A stretch of DNA of 64,000 bases, taken from a virus. The stretch is taken from positions 4,187 to 68,186 of IMG/VR virus record IMGVR_UViG_3300036768_000756; one strand, 5' to 3'. Within the stretch, counting starts at the first letter, position 1, and each line of letters begins with the position of its first letter. Below, piece after piece: positions 58,592 to 64,000 of the stretch. Position numbers and translations under genes: made by a program. Below the pieces are notes generated by a model that was not told the DNA's origin, made no database searches, and was given only the letters and a program-made list of their open reading frames with translations.

Positions 58592-58951
58592 TCACCTCGT
58601 CGGGTAGGTGACACGGATCAGGATCTCAGCGGTCGGAGTATTGCCCATGGTGTCCGTCGCCTTGACGCGGCAATGGTACGTGTTGCCAAGCCGCTGCGTG
58701 CCCGGCAACACCGCAACGGTCACCGTGTCGCTTGCGGTCACCGTCGGCCCGCCTGCGAGCATGCCTGACGGGTCCGCATCGGGCCTCTTGGCGTCGATCA
58801 CGCGGCACGTCCACGTCGCCGACGTTACCGTGCGCGCCGGGTAGACTACCCAGTATGTATCGCGCACATCGGGCACGTGCTCGATCGTGGCATGGTAGTC
58901 GAGCGCCCATGCGGGCGTGGCGAGCATTAGCATCAGCAGCATGCGCGTCAT
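58592..58951 (-). CDS. Fibre-adaptor-like protein with signal peptide (copy 2)
   Basis: MTRMLLMLMLATPAWA signal conserved. Confidence 0.65.
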   Translation of the reverse strand: MTRMLLMLMLATPAWALDYHATIEHVPDVRDTYWVVYPARTVTSATWTCRVIDAKRPDADPSGMLAGGPTVTASDTVTVAVLPGTQRLGNTYHCRVKATDTMGNTPTAEILIRVTYPTR

Positions 58952-60210
58952 GGCTGAGCCTCCACCTGCGCAGGTTCGGTGAGCTCCGACAACCCGGACT
59001 TGAGCACATCGCCATCCGAGACTCGCGGGAGCCCCATCATCGAGCGCGCCTCATTGCGAGTCAGCAACCCAGCGCCCCAGGCTCGCTCTGCGAGTTGCCA
59101 TTGCGTGGCGCGGTGCTCGTCGGCACCGGCGAGCTCCGAGAAGTCCCACACGAGCTCGACTTGCGACGGATCGAGTCCGTAGAGCGGCGCGAGCTGGGTT
59201 TCCAGCATCTGCCCAATGCGGCCGACGAACGGGATAATTACGTCGTGGACGAGGTGTTGCCTCGCCTCGCGGTAGTTGGCGTACGTGGCTCGTTTGAGCC
59301 CGATTACGGCGCTCACCATGATCGGCGGCACGCCAAGCACCGAGCAGATGCGTGCCTCGACGTGCGCCAGCAGGTCCGCGACATCGATCTCCTGTGGCGA
59401 CACGCCGACCTCCCGCACATCGACACGGGACTGCTGGAGCAGCGGGATGCCCGCTTGCCGACCAGATGAGTCCCGCTTGAGTGCTGCTTCGACCCGCATG
59501 CGCACGGCCTCGGCCTCTTCATCATCGAGGTCGTCGCGCGTAGTCAGCACGATCTGTCTGAGCCCGCTCCGCGCTACGTCTCCGACATAGCCCATGAGTG
59601 CCCGATCGAGTGCGACCTCCGATGCAATCATGGTCCACCGTGCACGCGGCACGAGCGGGTCGTCGGTCGAGGGCACGAGCGTCCATAGGAACGTGCCCGG
59701 CAGCATCGTCTTTGGCCGCCCAGTAGTTGGCTCGCCATAGTCGATCGCTTCCAGGGCGCCAGTGGGCGAGTAGCGCTCCTGGGCAAACTGCGAGGGCCGC
59801 GGGAGGATGTATGCCGGCGTGCCGTCGCCTCGGAGTACAAGCTCCGCGAAGATGCGGCCAACAAGCCGCTCCTGTGCCACCCACGTGCGGAGCAGTGTGG
59901 CATAGTCGATGTCCGGCGTCGGATGCCAAATTAGGTCCAGGATGGGGTGCTGCTCGACCGGCTGCCCAGCGATCCGGAGCGTTGGCCTCGCGGACGCAGC
60001 CACCGTAGCGATGGCCTCGATGCAGGCCTCAACGAGCGGGTGCGTAGCGACATCGAGATACGATGCTTTCGCGGCCCGGATGGGTTCGGCTAGACGGAGT
60101 ACGCGGACGCCTCGCCCGGGCAACGTTGCGGCGGGCTGCACCGGAGATGCAGCACGGCCGCGCCGACCCACGGCGGCGCGGAACCGGTCGAGCCAGGACA
60201 CCGTCGCCAT
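58948..60210 (-). CDS. Portal protein (copy 2)
   Basis: Homologue of 25231-26493. Confidence 0.95.
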   Translation of the reverse strand: MATVSWLDRFRAAVGRRGRAASPVQPAATLPGRGVRVLRLAEPIRAAKASYLDVATHPLVEACIEAIATVAASARPTLRIAGQPVEQHPILDLIWHPTPDIDYATLLRTWVAQERLVGRIFAELVLRGDGTPAYILPRPSQFAQERYSPTGALEAIDYGEPTTGRPKTMLPGTFLWTLVPSTDDPLVPRARWTMIASEVALDRALMGYVGDVARSGLRQIVLTTRDDLDDEEAEAVRMRVEAALKRDSSGRQAGIPLLQQSRVDVREVGVSPQEIDVADLLAHVEARICSVLGVPPIMVSAVIGLKRATYANYREARQHLVHDVIIPFVGRIGQMLETQLAPLYGLDPSQVELVWDFSELAGADEHRATQWQLAERAWGAGLLTRNEARSMMGLPRVSDGDVLKSGLSELTEPAQVEAQP

Positions 60211-60256
60211 GTGGGCCCGTCTATCATATCGCCGCGCGACATGCTAGTGTTCGGGC

Positions 60257-60604
60257 ATGTCGTTCCGCGATGCGCTAAACCAGCATGCCGGTCGCCTCGG
60301 GCTGCGAGAGATTGCCGGGCTCGCCGGCGCCTCTAAGTCCGAGGCGCGCGAAGCGCTGGCGGACCCGGCCGTGCGGCGCGAGTACGAGGCCGCCCGGGCA
60401 CGCTACATCGACGCGCTCGTGCAGCAGTTGGAGCGAGCGGCGCGTGCTGGCAACCTGCGGGCCGTGCGCGAGCTCATCCGCTTCGCGCGTGGCATCGAGC
60501 GGCGCGCGTATCGACGCGAGCGCAAGCGTGGCCGGCAGGATGTGCCCGCCTCGCTCAGGGAGTGGCCGCGTGCAGTCGTACTCCCAGGCCGACGGCCGCG
60601 CTGA
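60257..60604 (+). CDS. Putative terminase small subunit (copy 2)
   Basis: Homologue of 26540-26887. Confidence 0.65.
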   Translation: MSFRDALNQHAGRLGLREIAGLAGASKSEAREALADPAVRREYEAARARYIDALVQQLERAARAGNLRAVRELIRFARGIERRAYRRERKRGRQDVPASLREWPRAVVLPGRRPR

Positions 60605-61916
60605 GACGGAGTTCCGGGTCCCACTCCGGTCGGCACGCGAGCTCCGCCATTATATGGAGCACGCCTGGGGTGTACGCCTCGGCGCTCGTGCGGCCTGCCC
60701 GCATCACACCGCGCCGCTAGCGGTCGCATGGGACGCATACCGTGCCACGCAGCCGGTGATCATCGTCCGCGGAGCGAGGGGCACCGGCAAAACCTACATG
60801 GTCGCCGGATTGGGGCTCACGATGGCGACCACACTCGGTGCATCCGTCACGATCCTGGGCGGCTCTGGTGAGCAATCCAACCGTGTCCACGACCATATGC
60901 GCCGGATGTGGCTCCACCCAACGGCACCCGTCGACATGCTGCTTGATGAGCCAACGCATCGTGTGACGAGGCTCGTGACGGGCGCCACCATCACCGCTCT
61001 GCTTGCATCATCGCGGAGCGTGCGCGGGCCACACCCCGAGCGGCTGATCCTCGATGAGGCGGACGAGATCGATGTCGACTTGATCGACGCGGCACTTGGG
61101 CAACCGCAGTCTCGCGGCCCGATACGCGCTGGCGTGCTCGCGGTGTCCACCGAGCACCGCACCGATGGCGGCATGGCGTATCTGCGACGCCTCGCCCAGG
61201 ATCGCGGCTGGCCTGTCGTGGAGTGGTGCTGGCGCGATGTGATGTGGCCCCACGGGTGGATGCGACGGGAGCAGCTAGAGCGGGTGCGGGCCACGGTGCC
61301 GGAGAGCGTGTGGCGCGTGGAGTACGAGATGGGGCAAGTGGTCGCCAGGAATGCGGCAATTGACCCCGAGGTGCTCACAGGCGTGCTCGACGGCCCGGAG
61401 ATCCGGGACACGGGACGCGCAATCGAGGTCGAGCCGCCCGAGGCGTCCGGACAGTATGCCTGCGGCGTCGACTGGGCGCGGAGCGAGCATGCGACCGTGG
61501 CGGTCGTGATCCGATGCGACGTGCGGCCCCGGCATGTCGTGGCCTATCTCCGGATGCGGCGGCAGCCCTGGGCCCGCCAGGTCGAGCGAGTGGCTGAGCT
61601 CGCGACACGATACCGAGCGCGGGTGTGGCATGATGCCACGGGCCTCGGGGACGTGGTGCATTCACTGCTCGCAGTGCCTGCGGTGCCGATCGTCTGGGCG
61701 CCGAAAACACGAGAGCGGCTCATCACAGGGTATGTGCGCGCACTGGAGACGCGGGCGCTGCTGCTACCCCGCATCGACACGCTCGTCGGCGAGCACACGC
61801 AGGCCACGTGGGATGATCTTTGGGGTCGTGGCCACCTACCGGACTCGCTCGCCGCGTGCGCGATGGCGTGGTACGGCGCGGAGCGCGTCCGCGGCGTGGG
61901 CGGCATCTACGTGTAA
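60570..61916 (+). CDS. terL: Terminase large subunit (copy 2)
   Basis: GARGTGKT, LILDEAD; GGAG RBS before GTG. Confidence 0.92.
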   Translation: MQSYSQADGRAETEFRVPLRSARELRHYMEHAWGVRLGARAACPHHTAPLAVAWDAYRATQPVIIVRGARGTGKTYMVAGLGLTMATTLGASVTILGGSGEQSNRVHDHMRRMWLHPTAPVDMLLDEPTHRVTRLVTGATITALLASSRSVRGPHPERLILDEADEIDVDLIDAALGQPQSRGPIRAGVLAVSTEHRTDGGMAYLRRLAQDRGWPVVEWCWRDVMWPHGWMRREQLERVRATVPESVWRVEYEMGQVVARNAAIDPEVLTGVLDGPEIRDTGRAIEVEPPEASGQYACGVDWARSEHATVAVVIRCDVRPRHVVAYLRMRRQPWARQVERVAELATRYRARVWHDATGLGDVVHSLLAVPAVPIVWAPKTRERLITGYVRALETRALLLPRIDTLVGEHTQATWDDLWGRGHLPDSLAACAMAWYGAERVRGVGGIYV

Positions 61917-62019
61917 TGCCGCGCTGGAGGGAGTGGGGCCGGCGGAAAGGAGTAAGCGCCGGCCCCGGCGGGCTGGAGGTTGGTGTGCGCAGTCTGTGTG
62001 CCACATCGCGCTGCGAGAG

Positions 62020-62193
62020 TCAAGCATCGCGGCACGATTGTCCCTTCAATTCATCAATCACCTCTTCTGGGATTCTCCACGTCGCAGCGACACGCACCGC
62101 GCGAAGTTTCCCGGAGCGTACCCACTTGTATACCGTGCCCCGGTGTACCCGGAACAACTCTGCGACCTCGTCGAGCGTTAGAAATCGTTTCAT
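62020..62193 (-). CDS. Excisionase-family HTH protein (57 aa), copy 2 only
   Basis: Manual translation MKRFLTLDEVAELFRVHRGTVYKWVRSGKLRAVRVAATWRIPEEVIDELK...; GAGGAGG RBS. Confidence 0.85.
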   Translation of the reverse strand: MKRFLTLDEVAELFRVHRGTVYKWVRSGKLRAVRVAATWRIPEEVIDELKGQSCRDA

Positions 62194-62356
62194 CGCCATC
62201 CTCCTCTTTCTCGTACATTGGCGCTGTTTATCGTTTTCCGATGCTCGCGGTTATCATGGCGAGGTGCTTTATGCAAGCGCACGGCGTTGACGGTGCGGAA
62301 AGCCGCTGCTGGTGCTGGTCTGTCGGCACTGCCGTGAAAGCCTGAGCAAATCGCGC

Positions 62357-62385
62357 TTGACACACGCCGCATGATGGTGTATATG
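62357..62385 (+). promoter_or_regulatory. Sigma70-like promoter
   Basis: TTGACA-17 bp-TATATG. Confidence 0.6.
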
Positions 62386-62391
62386 CGCCGC

Positions 62392-62474
62392 CTGTTCCAC
62401 TGCGGACTCCTTGTCCGCCCCCCGCAGCCGCCGCTCGGTTCCCGAAACGTGCTCGGCTGCGGGGGTTTTTCTTT
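62392..62474 (+). ncRNA. Candidate ~80-nt small RNA
   Basis: Promoter, then hairpin GCGGAC-tcctt-GTCCGC, then terminator stem 62419-62465 with T tract; no ORF. Confidence 0.4.
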
Positions 62475-62489
62475 GCGGCGCACGCCGCC

Positions 62490-62690
62490 CGTGGTAGCAG
62501 GATGGTAGCCGCGTGGTAGCAGGCATGCGCAAGCCATTGAAACTACGTCGGTTTCACCGCCTCCCCCAAGATTTTGTGTCCTGGGGTCAAACGCCGATCG
62601 TCATCCTAGTGCATTCTAGTGCATTTCCGGCCGGAGTGTGCGGGCTCCAGATCGCGTAGATGCACTAGGATGAAGTCCAGTGCAATTTGC
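62490..62690. other. attP-like recombination site candidate
   Basis: 3x TGGTAGC at 11-bp period; core CCCCAAGA-7 bp-TCCTGGGG; CTAGTGCAT direct and inverted repeats. Confidence 0.4.
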
Positions 62691-62693
62691 GGC

Positions 62694-63233
62694 CTAGTTC
62701 CCCTGCTCCGGCTCGTCGCTAGGCATCGGCCTGCCGAGCCTATGGGCCAAGCGCTGCAGTGCCCCGAGTATCTCCTGGCGGTCCTCTTCGCTCGGGCCCG
62801 GGGGCGGCAGCTGCGGAGCCGCGGGCTCGAGCTCGACCCACTCGCACCGGATGCGGCCCTCGACCAGCGCCTCGGCCACCAGGCGGTCGTAGCAGCGGCG
62901 GAAGGTGCGATAGAGCTCCTCATCACGGAGCCGCGTGCCCTCGGCGATCCGCATTGCCTGCAGCGCGAGCGATGGCATGCGCTTTCCCCTCCTGGCCAGG
63001 TCCCAGGCCTCCTCCGGGCCTGGCCAGGCATCATCGAGCGCACGCACGATCGCGATCCAGGACACCCGATCGCCTCGTGCTGCGATGCGGGTGATGGCGT
63101 GGCGGAGTTCGAGCGGCGTGATGTTGTACTGCGCCAGTTGCGCTGCAATCGCTGCCGCCGTGGTCCGATCGATCGGTATGCCTGCGCAGCCAGCAGCTAC
63201 TACGATTGCGTCAGTGAGAACGTCTATCGCCAT
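62694..63233 (-). CDS. Replication-associated protein (copy 2)
   Basis: Homologue of 28439-28975. Confidence 0.55.
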   Translation of the reverse strand: MAIDVLTDAIVVAAGCAGIPIDRTTAAAIAAQLAQYNITPLELRHAITRIAARGDRVSWIAIVRALDDAWPGPEEAWDLARRGKRMPSLALQAMRIAEGTRLRDEELYRTFRRCYDRLVAEALVEGRIRCEWVELEPAAPQLPPPGPSEEDRQEILGALQRLAHRLGRPMPSDEPEQGN

Positions 63234-64000
63234 TTTGACCTCCTTGTTTCGGCGGGATAACCCATCCCTGCTCGATCATCCACTGGGCTCCCTCGATGAT
63301 GTCGCGCCGGGTCTGCTCCCAATCGCGCAGCACAGCCGGTCGCCAATCCCGCATTTCGACCAGCAGCACCTCGCAGTCTCTGAGCAGCAGCGACAGCGGG
63401 TGCCGTGCCCGCATGTGGATGCCACCGGCACGCTCGACGTACCAGCGGGCGAGGCGCGGCGCGTCCTCGATGCCGACGCGACGCACGAGCTGCAGGCACA
63501 TCGAGTTAGTCCGGGCGTTCCGGGGTGGGCGGCTACCGTACCTGGCCTCATAGGCCGACGCGTATGCCTCCCAGGTCTCCGATCCTGGGGCCCCCTGGGG
63601 CTCTGCAACAGGGTGGTGCACTTCTGTGTTGACAGCCGGCAAATTTTCTGTGCAAGCGCTAGGCGCACGAGATTCGCTTATGAGCGACTTTTGGGGGCTG
63701 CCCGCTACCGCGGGCCTAGTCGATGGGCGTTTTTGTTTCCTGGGCGATTTCTGGCGCTTTGGTGCCGGAGTGTGTTCGGTGGCCGTAATGGGACTTTCGG
63801 GTGTGGCCACCTGGTCACCGGTCGCAGTCCGAGGCGTTGTCGGGTTCGGGTCGGGGTTCGAGCCCGGGCATGGTTGGCTGCGCGAAAAATTGTCGCGCGT
63901 CCCGTTGAGCGTAAGCTCAACGGAAACATTCAAACCTTCTAGCGAAAGATTATGGGCACCATTCCGGTTTGAATATTCTCTCGTAGTAGGATGTTGGGGG
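63211..64000 (-). CDS. Replication initiator, C-terminal part (copy 2; runs off the window)
   Basis: Frame open to window end (PQHPTT...NLSL.GLNV), matching 28950-30242. Confidence 0.75.
   Translation of the reverse strand, partial: PQHPTTREYSNRNGAHNLSLEGLNVSVELTLNGTRDNFSRSQPCPGSNPDPNPTTPRTATGDQVATPESPITATEHTPAPKRQKSPRKQKRPSTRPAVAGSPQKSLISESRAPSACTENLPAVNTEVHHPVAEPQGAPGSETWEAYASAYEARYGSRPPRNARTNSMCLQLVRRVGIEDAPRLARWYVERAGGIHMRARHPLSLLLRDCEVLLVEMRDWRPAVLRDWEQTRRDIIEGAQWMIEQGWVIPPKQGGQNGDRRSH

Larger units (their letters stand above)
1..64000. mobile_element. Two tandem, diverged copies of a ~33.7-kb siphovirus-like phage genome
   Basis: Terminase, portal, protease, capsid, tail and lysis genes each occur twice, collinear, at an offset of ~33.5-33.7 kb. 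No host housekeeping genes seen. Confidence 0.95.

Noticed and set aside
61990-62004. Sigma54 promoter (minus strand TGGCAC-N5-CTGC)
   Set aside because: The -12 GC spacing is not conserved at the homologous copy-1 site near 28280-28295.
62520-62600. tRNA fragment as att core
   Set aside because: No cloverleaf, T-loop or CCA recognisable on either strand; no tRNA or rRNA found in the window.

Overview
The whole window is tailed-phage DNA (siphovirus-like, HK97-type capsid) with no recognisable host genes. It holds two head-to-tail, collinear, diverged copies of a ~33.7-kb genome; most visible differences are synonymous third-position changes. Each copy has, in order: a cassette of signal-peptide-bearing Cys-rich and Pro/Thr-rich proteins, an Hjc-like nuclease fusion, CHAP endolysin, LamG tail protein, tape measure, frameshifted tail chaperone, tail tube, neck genes, capsid, protease, gpF-like protein and portal. 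The terminase genes are transcribed divergently from the portal. A replication initiator with iterons and an early operon (annealing-protein candidate plus Cas4-like exonuclease) follow. The copies share one apparently identical 1,297-bp block (12847-14143 = 46543-47839), so 12847-46542 reads as a complete 33,696-bp genome joined to a sibling phage: either a real cointegrate or an assembly figure-eight. The most striking biology is that fibre- and adaptor-like virion proteins carry export signal peptides. No integrase or cI repressor is seen, although the second copy has an excisionase-like gene beside an attP-like site. Product calls come from motif recognition and gene order; no database searches were run.
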